Below, one piece after another: positions 53,740 to 64,000 of a DNA stretch of 64,000 bases. This DNA comes from Myxococcales bacterium (GTDB lineage: Bacteria; Myxococcota_A; UBA9042; JABWCM01; BTVJ01). A program made the position numbers and the translations under genes. Each line of letters begins with the position of its first letter. Position 1 is the first letter of the stretch. The stretch spans positions 32,001-96,000 of the forward strand of contig BTVJ01000015.1 in the NCBI GenBank assembly GCA_045863395.1, read 5' to 3'. The notes under the pieces are model-generated. The model ran no database searches and had not been told where the DNA came from. It saw only the letters and a program-made list of their open reading frames with translations.

Positions 53740-54366
53740 ATGACGACATCCATCTCATTGAACGGCCCACGCCAGGTCGCAGCAACGCGGGATCGGGCCC
53801 TCGACTCGCAGCCAGGCGCTGTGGTCGAAGACGCTTCGCCCGACCCCGGACTGGAGCCGACAGCCCCGCAGCCACAGAACGTGGTGGTGAGGCTGGGGGA
53901 CCTGGCGGTCCTCCAAGGGCCGGCTGGCCGCCTGACGACCTTCGCGCTGGGCTCATGCGTCGCGGTGATCCTCTACGACCGCCAGCGCCATGTGGGCGGT
54001 CTGCTTCACGCCTTCCTGCCCGATGGCGACGATGAGCGGTACCGCATTCGGGTCAAGCGGCAGCCGACCCTGTTCGTCAGGCCGGGCCTCTCGCTGCTGG
54101 TCGAGCAGGTCTACGCCCTCAGGAACTCCAACGCGCCGGACCTCGTCGCCAAGATGGCAGGGGGCGCCTCCCTCGTCGGCCACTCGGGCGGGATCGCGGG
54201 CGTCGGACGTGCCAACGTGGAGGCCGCGCGTGCTACGCTGCGCAGCCTTCACATCCGCCTCGTGGCTGAGGACGTCGGCGAGCACCGCGTGAGATCGGCC
54301 TATCTCGAGCTTGAGACGGGGCGGTTCGTCGTCCACACCCACGGACACGGGGAGGTAGTCCTGTGA
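53740..54366 (+). CDS. cheD: CheD-family glutamine deamidase
   Basis: LTTFALGSCVAV (catalytic Cys), GGLLHAFLP (catalytic His), AKMAGGA, VGRAN, AEDVG. Start uncertain. Confidence 0.85.
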   Translation: MTTSISLNGPRQVAATRDRALDSQPGAVVEDASPDPGLEPTAPQPQNVVVRLGDLAVLQGPAGRLTTFALGSCVAVILYDRQRHVGGLLHAFLPDGDDERYRIRVKRQPTLFVRPGLSLLVEQVYALRNSNAPDLVAKMAGGASLVGHSGGIAGVGRANVEAARATLRSLHIRLVAEDVGEHRVRSAYLELETGRFVVHTHGHGEVVL

Positions 54367-55208
54367 GCACTGCGGCTGTCTCAATGACGCTGGATCAGCG
54401 ACTCGCGGCGGTCCCACCGTTCCCGGCCGTCGGCCTCGAGCTGATGGCGATGGTCACCAACGACGACGTTGGCATCGAGGACGTGGTCGCCGCCGTGCGG
54501 CGGGACCCGACGCTTGCCGCCAAGGTGTTGCGGTACGCGAACAGCGCGACCCTCATGCGGTCCCAGGCGGCCGAGTCGGTGCATGACGCGGTGCGCACGC
54601 TGGGCGTGGTCGGATCCCTGCGCTACCTGACGACGCAGCTCTCGGCAACGACTCTGGCGGCCGGGGCCGCCGGGTACGGGCAGGACGGCCGCAAGCTCTG
54701 GATGGACGCCGTCGTCGGCGCCCGTGCGGCGCAGGCCGTGGCCGGTCTGGTCGAGGTGTCCGGGCACGTGGCGTACACAGCAGCGCTGCTTCGCGACATC
54801 GGCAAGATGGCGCTGACCGGGGACGTGAGCCGATTCCAGGATCAGCTCGTCACCCAGGCGACCGCCATCGCGGACTTCACGGATGCGGAGCGCGCCGTCT
54901 TCGAGACTGCGCACCCGGAGCTCGGAGCCGAGCTGGCGCGGCGGTGGCGGTTCCCTGACCCCCTGGTCGAGGCGATCCGGTGGCATCACCGGCCATCGGC
55001 CGCGACGAAACATCACCAGATCGTCGCGGCGGTCCACTTGGGCGACGTGATCGCCGCCATGGCCGGGGCGACGGGCGTCGATGGGTTCCTCACCCCCCTG
55101 GACCCTACGGCGCTGAGGACGCTGGGCCTGGACGACGACGCAATCATCGATGTCGTGATCCAGGCAGCCCAGTGGTCGCAGGAGCTGGCCGAGCTGGACG
55201 ACGCCTGA
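54363..55208 (+). CDS. HDOD domain protein
   Basis: GTGA overlap with cheD, PPFP, DPTLAAKVLRYANS, LLRDIGK (HD read as RD), HPELGAELARRWRFP..IRWHH. Confidence 0.88.
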   Translation: MSTAAVSMTLDQRLAAVPPFPAVGLELMAMVTNDDVGIEDVVAAVRRDPTLAAKVLRYANSATLMRSQAAESVHDAVRTLGVVGSLRYLTTQLSATTLAAGAAGYGQDGRKLWMDAVVGARAAQAVAGLVEVSGHVAYTAALLRDIGKMALTGDVSRFQDQLVTQATAIADFTDAERAVFETAHPELGAELARRWRFPDPLVEAIRWHHRPSAATKHHQIVAAVHLGDVIAAMAGATGVDGFLTPLDPTALRTLGLDDDAIIDVVIQAAQWSQELAELDDA

Positions 55209-55242
55209 CCCTGTGGCGGGGGCCAGACGGGCCACCCGCGCG

Positions 55243-56199
55243 TCAGTCGAAGGGCGCCCCGTTCAGGATCCACCGCAGGATGATCTGGACGTCGGCCGCG
55301 GACGTGGGGGCCGCGCCGAGCGGCATCTGCGAACCCACCGGGGGCGCGGACCGCGTCAGCTTGAGGAAGAGGTAGCTCTGGGCGGGCGACCCCTGGCTGA
55401 TCAGGACCATGTCGGGCTTGCCCTCCGCCTGCGCACCGACGAGCTTCTCGTGGAGCTGGTCGGGCTCCCGATCCAGGCGCAGATCACCGGCCTCGCTGCC
55501 GTCCACATGGCACCCAGACAGGGCGCAGCTCTTGTCGAAGACCCCGATGACGTCCTTCGAGAAGCTCGCTCCCGTGGGCTGCTCGGCCAGTACCTGAATC
55601 GTCACCGGCGCGCTCTGGACCCCATCCGCCGCCGCGGTCACCGTCGTCGCGCCGGCTGAGATGCCGAGGACCAGCCCGGTCCCGTCCACGAAGAGGGTCG
55701 CTTCGTCTGCGGCCTTCCACGTGATGGTAGCGGACACCGGATCCCCCGAGGAATCGACGACGCTGGCGGAGAGGGCCAGCGTGTCGCCCACGGGCACCTT
55801 GAGCACGCCGCCCGCGATGGTCACCTGCGCGACACCGCCTCCCGTGTCCGCAGCCGCGTCTGCGGGAGCAGTGGAGTCAGGAGATGCGTCCGCCCCATCG
55901 GGCGCGCTGGCCACGTCCGAGGGGCTCCCGGTGTCCGTTGGACCTCCGGCGTCGGCGACGGTGCCGCCGTCGTCGTGGCTCGCCACGTCGCTCGGGGCAC
56001 CATCTACGCCCGCGGTGTCCGCCCCACCGCCGGTGTCGACCGCGCCATCTTGCGCGGCCACGTCCTCGCTGATGGGGACCGTGTCCTCGTCGCCTTCGCG
56101 GACCTGGTCGCTGAGGCACCCACCAAAGGCCAGCGCCGCGGCCATGCCGGCTCCAGCCAGAAGGGAACGCCGGACCATCCGGCGAGAGACCGTCGTCAT
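55243..56199 (-). CDS. Lipoprotein with Ig-like (Big_2) domain and cytochrome c-like domain (CX4CH)
   Basis: GGAGG RBS, lipobox FGGC, Asp-rich linker, ITW..D...VD.TG.V, then SFSKDV..CALSGCH..SYL..K..QMP..WI..GA. Confidence 0.7.
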   Translation of the reverse strand: MTTVSRRMVRRSLLAGAGMAAALAFGGCLSDQVREGDEDTVPISEDVAAQDGAVDTGGGADTAGVDGAPSDVASHDDGGTVADAGGPTDTGSPSDVASAPDGADASPDSTAPADAAADTGGGVAQVTIAGGVLKVPVGDTLALSASVVDSSGDPVSATITWKAADEATLFVDGTGLVLGISAGATTVTAAADGVQSAPVTIQVLAEQPTGASFSKDVIGVFDKSCALSGCHVDGSEAGDLRLDREPDQLHEKLVGAQAEGKPDMVLISQGSPAQSYLFLKLTRSAPPVGSQMPLGAAPTSAADVQIILRWILNGAPFD

Positions 56200-56201
56200 C
56201 T

Positions 56202-56768
56202 TCACACCTCCCGTGTGCTGCGTGCCCACGGAAGGTACAGGGGGAGGAGGCGGTCGAGCAAGGTCGCAGCCTCCTCTGGCGTATTCGCTCCGTATACGCG
56301 GTCGCCCGGGATGTGCGGGAACCGCAGCCGCTCATCGACGGGGCCGTCGGCCAGGCGCGCTGCCCACCCGCTCCCCCGGAGCGCGATGACCAGGCGGTCG
56401 AAGATCCACGCCAGGGCCATCTCCGAGAGGGTCCCTGCGCCACCGCCTATCGCGATCACCGCATCGCCGCTGGCGACCAGACCATTCCGCAGGTGCGAGA
56501 GCCCCGTCGCAACGGCGGCGTCGACCCACGGATTGGCGGCCGCGGTGTCCAGGCCGGGCAGGACGGCGACCACGTCCCCGGGGGCCCACAGGTGCGACTC
56601 CCGCGCGCCACGGCTCGCCCCCTCCGACACGCCGTGGCCCCCGCCCGTGAGCACCCGGTAGCCGCGGTCGACCAGGCAGCACCCCAGCGCCCGTGCGGCC
56701 TCGTAGTGGGGGTGGCCCGGCGGCACGCGGCCATCGCCTGCGACGGCGATGAGGGGCTTGCGGGTCAT
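56202..56768 (-). CDS. LOG/SLOG family protein (TIGR00725-like)
   Basis: IAVAG, LTGGGHGV, ANPWVD..ATGL..RN, IGGGAGTLSE. ATGA overlap with htrA. Confidence 0.85.
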   Translation of the reverse strand: MTRKPLIAVAGDGRVPPGHPHYEAARALGCCLVDRGYRVLTGGGHGVSEGASRGARESHLWAPGDVVAVLPGLDTAAANPWVDAAVATGLSHLRNGLVASGDAVIAIGGGAGTLSEMALAWIFDRLVIALRGSGWAARLADGPVDERLRFPHIPGDRVYGANTPEEAATLLDRLLPLYLPWARSTREV

Positions 56769-57832
56769 GGCACCTCCTGCAGGTCCAGGTCGACGACCAC
56801 CTCCTTGGGGCCCTCGCCCGCGTCCCGCAGCAGCCGAACCTTCACGCGGTCTCCGGGCTTGTAGCGGTCCAACGTGTTGTAGAGGTCGTCGTAGCTGGCG
56901 ATTCGGGCGTCCGCGATGCCCACGATGACGTCGCCGAGGCGCGGCTTGCCCCGGCGATCATACTCGGTCCCCCGCAGCCCTGCGGTCTCCGCGGACGTGC
57001 CCTTGACCACGTCCCGCACGATGACGCCCCGGATGCCGACGGCGCGGGACACGTCATCCGAGAAGATGCGCACCCCGAGCCCCGGGCGCACCGGCTTGCC
57101 GTGGGCGATGAGCTGCGGCACCAGCCGCTTGATGAAGTTGACGGGGACCGCGAAGCCGATGCCCGCGCTCTGGCCGCTGCGGCTGAAGATGGCCGTGTTC
57201 ATGCCGATGAGGCGCCCGCGAGAGTCCAGGAGCGGGCCGCCGCTGTTTCCCGGGTTGATCGAGGCGTCGGTCTGGATCATGTCGCGGATGGTCACTCCCC
57301 CGGCGCCCGTGATCTCACGCCCCAGCGCGGAGATGACCCCCGTGGTCAGGGTGCGGTCGAGCCCAAAGGGGCTCCCGATGGCCAGCACCTTCTGCCCGAC
57401 GAGCAGGTTGGACGAGTCGCCGGCCACGACGGAGGCGAACCGCTCCCCATTGCCCTCCAGCTTCAGGACCGCGAGGTCCTTGGCCGGGTCCACGCCGACG
57501 AGGCGCGCGGGCACGGTCGACTGGTCATAGAGGGTCACGCTGTAGCTGCGCCCGTTGGCGACGACGTGGTAGTTGGTCACGACGTAGCCCTCGGCGCTCC
57601 ACAGGAAGCCCGACCCCGAGCCCTGGGGCACCTCGGTCCACTGGCGGGAGCGCCAGTCGCGGGCCACCGCGTTGGTCGTGACGAACACCACGGCGGGCGC
57701 GACCTTCTGGAAGGTCGTGATGGTGTTGCGCTCGTCCTCCAGCAGCCACGACGGCAGCTCCTGCGCCAGGGTGGGCCGCGCGAGGGCGAAGAAGAGGACG
57801 ACCCCGGCCAGTGAGGCCATGCTGCGTGTCAT
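56765..57832 (-). CDS. HtrA/Deg-family serine protease with one PDZ domain
   Basis: AGGAG RBS, signal peptide, GSGSGF, TNYHV, DLAVL, IQTDASINPGNSGGP, C-terminal PDZ. Confidence 0.92.
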   Translation of the reverse strand: MTRSMASLAGVVLFFALARPTLAQELPSWLLEDERNTITTFQKVAPAVVFVTTNAVARDWRSRQWTEVPQGSGSGFLWSAEGYVVTNYHVVANGRSYSVTLYDQSTVPARLVGVDPAKDLAVLKLEGNGERFASVVAGDSSNLLVGQKVLAIGSPFGLDRTLTTGVISALGREITGAGGVTIRDMIQTDASINPGNSGGPLLDSRGRLIGMNTAIFSRSGQSAGIGFAVPVNFIKRLVPQLIAHGKPVRPGLGVRIFSDDVSRAVGIRGVIVRDVVKGTSAETAGLRGTEYDRRGKPRLGDVIVGIADARIASYDDLYNTLDRYKPGDRVKVRLLRDAGEGPKEVVVDLDLQEVP

Positions 57833-57997
57833 GGGGGCACTCCTGTGGCGACGCGAGTCCGGTTCGAGCGAGCATCCGCCGGTCGGCGGGCCCGTGCAAG
57901 CGAACACGTCGAAGCAGAAGTCGCTTCCAACGGGGGAGGAGAGGGCCGGACCCAGGTTGCATGTCCCGGTGGCCGGAGCCCTACGGGGTTCACAAGC

Positions 57998-58018
57998 TGC
58001 CCCACTCGGGAAGGGGCA
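57998..58018 (-). terminator. Hairpin just after sdhB, possible terminator or stability element
   Basis: TGCCCC-N9-GGGGCA 8 nt past the sdhB stop. The U-tract is weak. Confidence 0.25.
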
Positions 58019-58026
58019 TCCTGGGG

Positions 58027-58799
58027 TCAGTCTCCCCCGGCGCCCACCTTTGGGACCTGCCGTCCGATCTTCGCCTTCAGGTAGTCCCGGTTCATGCGCG
58101 CGATGAACTCCAGGTCGATGCCCTTCGGGCAGTGAGCCTCGCACTCCGCGTGGTTGGTGCACGCGCCGAAGCCCTCCGCGTCCATCTGCGCCACCATGTT
58201 CTCGACGCGCTCCCAGCGCTCCACCTGCCCCTGCGGGAGCAGGCCCAGGTGGCCGATCTTCGCGGACGTGAACAGCATGGCCGAGGCGTTGGGGCAAGAC
58301 GCCACGCACGCGCCGCACCCGATGCAGGCGGCCGCATCGAACGCGCGGTCGGACGCCGCCTTGTTGATGGGGACGGCGTTGGCGTCCGGGGCGCTGCCCG
58401 TGCCCACCGAGATGTAGCCGCCGGCCTGGATGATCCGGTCGAGGGCGCTCCGGTCGACGACCAGGTCGCGCACGATGGGGAAGGCCTTGGCGCGGAAGGG
58501 CTCGATGACGATGGTGTCGCCGTCCTTGAACGTCCGCATGTGGAGCTGACAGATGGTGGTCTCCGCCACCGGGCCATGGGCGTGGCCGTCGATGACGAAG
58601 CCGCACATGCCGCAGATGCCCTCGCGGCAGTCGTGGTCGAAGGCGATGGGCTCCTCGCCGCGCTCGATGATGTCCTGGTTGACCACGTCGAGCATCTCGA
58701 GGAAGGACATGTGCTCGCTGATGCTCTTCGCCTTGTAGGTCACGAAGCGGCCAGCGTCGCCCGCGTTCTTCTGGCGCCAGACTTCCAGAGTGAGTTCCA

Positions 58800-58800
<1 letters not shown>
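58027..58800 (-). CDS. sdhB: Succinate dehydrogenase / fumarate reductase iron-sulfur subunit
   Basis: [44 protein letters not shown] coupling with sdhA. Confidence 0.95.
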
Positions 58801-60713
<1,913 letters not shown>

Positions 60714-60727
60714 GATTCCCTCCAGCC

Positions 60728-61387
60728 CTACTTCACGAGCCCGGTCAGCACGGCGACCGGCATCGAGATGTTTCCGATGACCACGACCAGGGTGATCGCG
60801 GTGGCGAGGCGGCGGCGCGCGGCGTTGTACTTCGTGTGGTTCCACCCCATGGACTGGAAGAGGCTCCAGATGCCGTGGTTCATGTGGTAGCCGAGCGCGA
60901 GCATCGCCACGATGTAGAAGAGGGAGACGTACCAGACCTGGAAGCCCTGGACGACGTTGCCGTAGACGTTGTGGGCGTCGAAGGTCCCCGGCCCGTAGCC
61001 CAGCGTCAGGTGGGCGACGTGGTACAGGATGAAGAACAGCAGGATGGGCCCGCTCCAGACCATCGTGCGCGCCGCGTAGGTGGTCTTGCGGTCGGCCCGG
61101 AGACGGTAGCCGACCGGCCGCGCCGCGTTGTTGGCCGACCAGAGCTGGTACGCCGTCAGGATGTGCAGCCCCACGCTGGCGAGGAGCACCAGGCGCACCG
61201 TCCACAGCAGAGGCATGCTGGTGCGCAGCAGCTTGGCGTATGCGTTGAGCTTCTCGGGACCGCCGAAGAGCTGCAGGTTGCCGATCATGTGACCGAGCAC
61301 GAAGCCGATCAGGATGATCCCCGTGATGGCCATGATGGCCTTCTTGCCGATGGTCGAGCCAACCAGTGTCGTTGCCCGGGCCGTCAT
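60728..61387 (-). CDS. sdhC: Succinate dehydrogenase cytochrome b558 subunit (five-TM type)
   Basis: STIGKK.IMAITG, four heme-ligand His (GHM, LHI, YHV, YHM.HG), first gene of the sdhCAB operon. Confidence 0.92.
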   Translation of the reverse strand: MTARATTLVGSTIGKKAIMAITGIILIGFVLGHMIGNLQLFGGPEKLNAYAKLLRTSMPLLWTVRLVLLASVGLHILTAYQLWSANNAARPVGYRLRADRKTTYAARTMVWSGPILLFFILYHVAHLTLGYGPGTFDAHNVYGNVVQGFQVWYVSLFYIVAMLALGYHMNHGIWSLFQSMGWNHTKYNAARRRLATAITLVVVIGNISMPVAVLTGLVK

Positions 61388-61665
61388 ACGCGTCACCTCG
61401 CAGGCTGAAGAGCGCCACCTCCCCGGTGGTTGTGGCGCGTATACACCAAACGGACCCACAATTGAAGAAGTCCTTGGGCCAAAATGACGCCGTGCGTCGC
61501 GTGCGTCGAAACCGCGCGAGGAGGTGCAGGTCGACAAAATCGTTGCGGTAGCAGATCCTGGGACGTGGCTGTTGCGTCTACGCCCCTCGGAAGGTGGGGA
61601 ACGGCTCACCAGGTAGAGCCAGTCGATTGAAATCCCTTGCGTAACAGCAAATGAAGGAGGAACCC

Positions 61666-62841
61666 ATGAACCGTCTCTCGCGCACCCTGAACAGCCTGAT
61701 CATCGCCGCCGGCCTCGCCCTGCCGGGGGTCGCCTCCGCCCAGTCCGCCGGGGCGCCGCTCGTCGCGGCGGGCCCCGTCGCTCCCGCGGACCAGCCGCTG
61801 ATCCAGATCGCCATCCTGCTCGACACGTCGAACAGCATGGACGGCCTGATCAACCAGGCCAAGTCCCAGCTCTGGAAGATCGTCAACGAGTTCGCGCGCG
61901 CCAAGCGCAACGGCAAGTCGCCCCGCCTCGAGGTGGCGCTGTACGAGTACGGCAACGACAGCCTCCCCTCGGCGGAGGGCCACATCCGGCAGGTCGTGTC
62001 CCTGACCACGGATCTCGACAAGATCAGCGAGGAGCTCTTCGCGCTGAAGACCAACGGCGGCAGCGAGTTCTGCGGGCAGGTCATCGACCGGGCGACGGCG
62101 CAGCTCCCCTGGAGCAAGGACAAGGGGACCCTCAAGCTGATCTTCATCGCCGGCAACGAGCCCTTCACCCAGGGCCCGGTCGACTACCGCAAGGCGGCCA
62201 AGGGGGCCATCGAGAGCGGCATCGTGGTCAACACCATCCACTGCGGCAGCGACCGCGAGGGCGTCGAGGGCAAGTGGAAGGACGGGGCGCAGCTCGCCGA
62301 CGGGCAGTACTCGTTCATCGACTCCAACCGCCAGGTGGCCCACGTCGCCACGCCGCAGGACGACCAGATCTCCAAGCTCGGCGAGGAGCTCAACAAGACG
62401 TACATCGCCTACGGGCGCGCCGGGTCGGCCAAGAAGGAGCGGCAGGCCAAGCAGGACATGAACGCCGCGTCGGTGGCGCAGGGCGCCGGGGTCCAGCGGG
62501 CGCTCGCCAAGTCCAGCGCGCAGTACAAGAACTCGGACTGGGATCTGGTCGACGCCGCGAAGGACTCGGGCGGCGCAGCGCTTGAGAGCCTGGCCGCGGA
62601 GGAGCTGCCCGCAGAGATGCAGAAGATGTCCAAAGACGAGCGCAAGTCCTACGTCAAGGGCATGGAGACGAAGCGGGAGGAGCTGCAGAAGAAGATCGCC
62701 AGCCTGAACAAGGAGCGCGAGGAGTACCTGGCCAAGAAGCAGAAGGAGGCGGCCGAGAAGGGTGCCGAGGACACGTTCGACGCTGCCGTCATCAAGGCAG
62801 TCCGCAGCCAGGCCGCCAAGAAGGCCTTCACGTTCGAGTAG
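61666..62841 (+). CDS. Secreted von Willebrand factor A domain protein
   Basis: AAGGAGG RBS, signal peptide, MIDAS DTSNS, GG.E.CG, AGNEPF, WDLVD, coiled-coil C-terminus. Confidence 0.88.
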   Translation: MNRLSRTLNSLIIAAGLALPGVASAQSAGAPLVAAGPVAPADQPLIQIAILLDTSNSMDGLINQAKSQLWKIVNEFARAKRNGKSPRLEVALYEYGNDSLPSAEGHIRQVVSLTTDLDKISEELFALKTNGGSEFCGQVIDRATAQLPWSKDKGTLKLIFIAGNEPFTQGPVDYRKAAKGAIESGIVVNTIHCGSDREGVEGKWKDGAQLADGQYSFIDSNRQVAHVATPQDDQISKLGEELNKTYIAYGRAGSAKKERQAKQDMNAASVAQGAGVQRALAKSSAQYKNSDWDLVDAAKDSGGAALESLAAEELPAEMQKMSKDERKSYVKGMETKREELQKKIASLNKEREEYLAKKQKEAAEKGAEDTFDAAVIKAVRSQAAKKAFTFE

Positions 62842-62951
62842 ACCCGCCTTCCCCCACGCGCAGTGCCTGTGCTACAACCGGTCGCAGCGGGGCGGCCGCG
62901 AGGCCTGCACTCACCCGCATCCAGAAGCCCAGCCACACCACAGCGCCTTGG

Positions 62952-64000
62952 ATGGACACGGTGGGGGAAGCGCGGACAGTCATCGTGGTCGGGGGTGGCA
63001 TGGCGGGCCTCTCCACGGCCTGGGAGCTGGCTCGCGCAGGGGCGCGGGTGGTCCTCGTGGAGCGGGAGGCGGTCGCGGGCGGGCGCCTCTCCACCCCCCG
63101 AACGGTCACGCTGGAGCAGGGCGGGCGCACCTTCCACTTCCCCGTGGAGCACGGGATCCACGGCATCTGGCGCCAGTACCGTAACTTGCGCAGGCTGCTC
63201 GACGCGTGCGGCGCATCGCGCCTCCTCGCGCCATCCGGAGAGCAGGCGCTCGTGTTCGCGGAGGGCGACGAGGCGCTCCACATGCCCGTCGCGGAGGGAC
63301 CCCGCACGTCTCGCCTGCCGGAGCCATTCCACCAGATCGCGATGCTCTCTCCCGACCTGCTGCGCCTGGCGCTGCGGTCGGGAGTGCTCCCCAATGTGCG
63401 GGCGTCTCTCGACCTGTGGCACGCCTGGTCGTTCGATCCGGACCGGGACGTGGCGGCCTATGACGGCGCTTCGGTGGAGACCCTCATCGGACGCTGGCCG
63501 CTCCTCCTGCGGCGCCTGTTCGGCGCGCTGACCCACACCGGCTTCTTCCGCGACCCGAGCGAGGTGAGCCTCGCCGCGTTCTTCACGGGGCTCTCTCTGT
63601 ATGTGCTCGGAGACAAGCGGGACACTGCCTTCGACCTGCTCACCGAGGACACCCAGACAGCGCTGATCGGGCCGCTCCTCCAGGAGGTGCGACGCCGCGG
63701 CGAGGTGAGGTTGGGCGCCTCCGTCGAGGACGTGCTCATCGAGGGCGGACACGCCCGCGGCGTGGTGGTCGACGGGGAGCGCGTCGCTGCCCACGCAGTG
63801 GTCCTCGCGGTCGATCCCCCTGCCCTCCGCGCCCTGTCTCGCGGCTCGCTGGGCGGGCTGCTGGGCGACGCCGCCATCCCAGATGGGCTCCACAGCCAGA
63901 GCGCGCGCATCTGGTTCGCCCGCTCGCCCCGCAAGGACCGCGCCCCCATGGGCGTGTGGGTCAGCGAGGGTCCGGACGCCTGGTTCTGGCTCCACCGCCT
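62952..64000 (+). CDS. FAD-dependent oxidoreductase, carotenoid desaturase / CrtU-like, 3' truncated (absent from the ORF track)
   Basis: Manual translation is open to the window end: VIVVGGGMAGL..AWEL..VE....GGR, EHGIHGIWRQYRNL, FFRDPSEVS..Y.LG....FD. Confidence 0.8.
   Translation, partial: MDTVGEARTVIVVGGGMAGLSTAWELARAGARVVLVEREAVAGGRLSTPRTVTLEQGGRTFHFPVEHGIHGIWRQYRNLRRLLDACGASRLLAPSGEQALVFAEGDEALHMPVAEGPRTSRLPEPFHQIAMLSPDLLRLALRSGVLPNVRASLDLWHAWSFDPDRDVAAYDGASVETLIGRWPLLLRRLFGALTHTGFFRDPSEVSLAAFFTGLSLYVLGDKRDTAFDLLTEDTQTALIGPLLQEVRRRGEVRLGASVEDVLIEGGHARGVVVDGERVAAHAVVLAVDPPALRALSRGSLGGLLGDAAIPDGLHSQSARIWFARSPRKDRAPMGVWVSEGPDAWFWLHR

Overview
A very GC-rich bacterial chromosomal window, most likely from Myxococcota or a related deltaproteobacterium (inferred from a MYXO-CTERM-like tail, an AgmX/PglI-type domain, CDDGDPCT-repeat proteins and many lipoproteins with acidic linkers). 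It holds about 50 CDS. The main blocks are: a lytic transglycosylase (5' truncated); a selenium-dependent molybdenum hydroxylase operon (ygfM-xdhD-amidohydrolase-mocA-yqeB-yqeC); a CotH kinase; a PlsC-lipase fusion; a DUF6599-DUF362-polyferredoxin redox operon; Cys-repeat and fibre-like surface proteins; penicillin acylase, CapA, cupin and an archaeal-type valS with a KISKR motif; cobB; a PilZ-led operon with a secreted tripeptidyl-peptidase II-like subtilase; HEAT proteins; a Zn-finger/TPR/retropepsin protease; a diguanylate cyclase; an orphan cheD-HDOD pair; htrA; sdhCAB; a vWA protein; and a CrtU-like desaturase (3' truncated). Non-coding signals read directly from the sequence: a 161-bp MITE-like element with 40-bp TIRs and a 4-bp TSD (12229-12389), a 216-nt highly base-paired candidate ncRNA (53384-53599), a perfect 19-bp palindrome before the xdh operon, and two probably leaderless genes. 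I found no rRNA, tRNA, CRISPR array, transposase or prophage. All family calls come from motif recognition by eye, not database searches, and many start codons were re-picked from RBS or overlap evidence.
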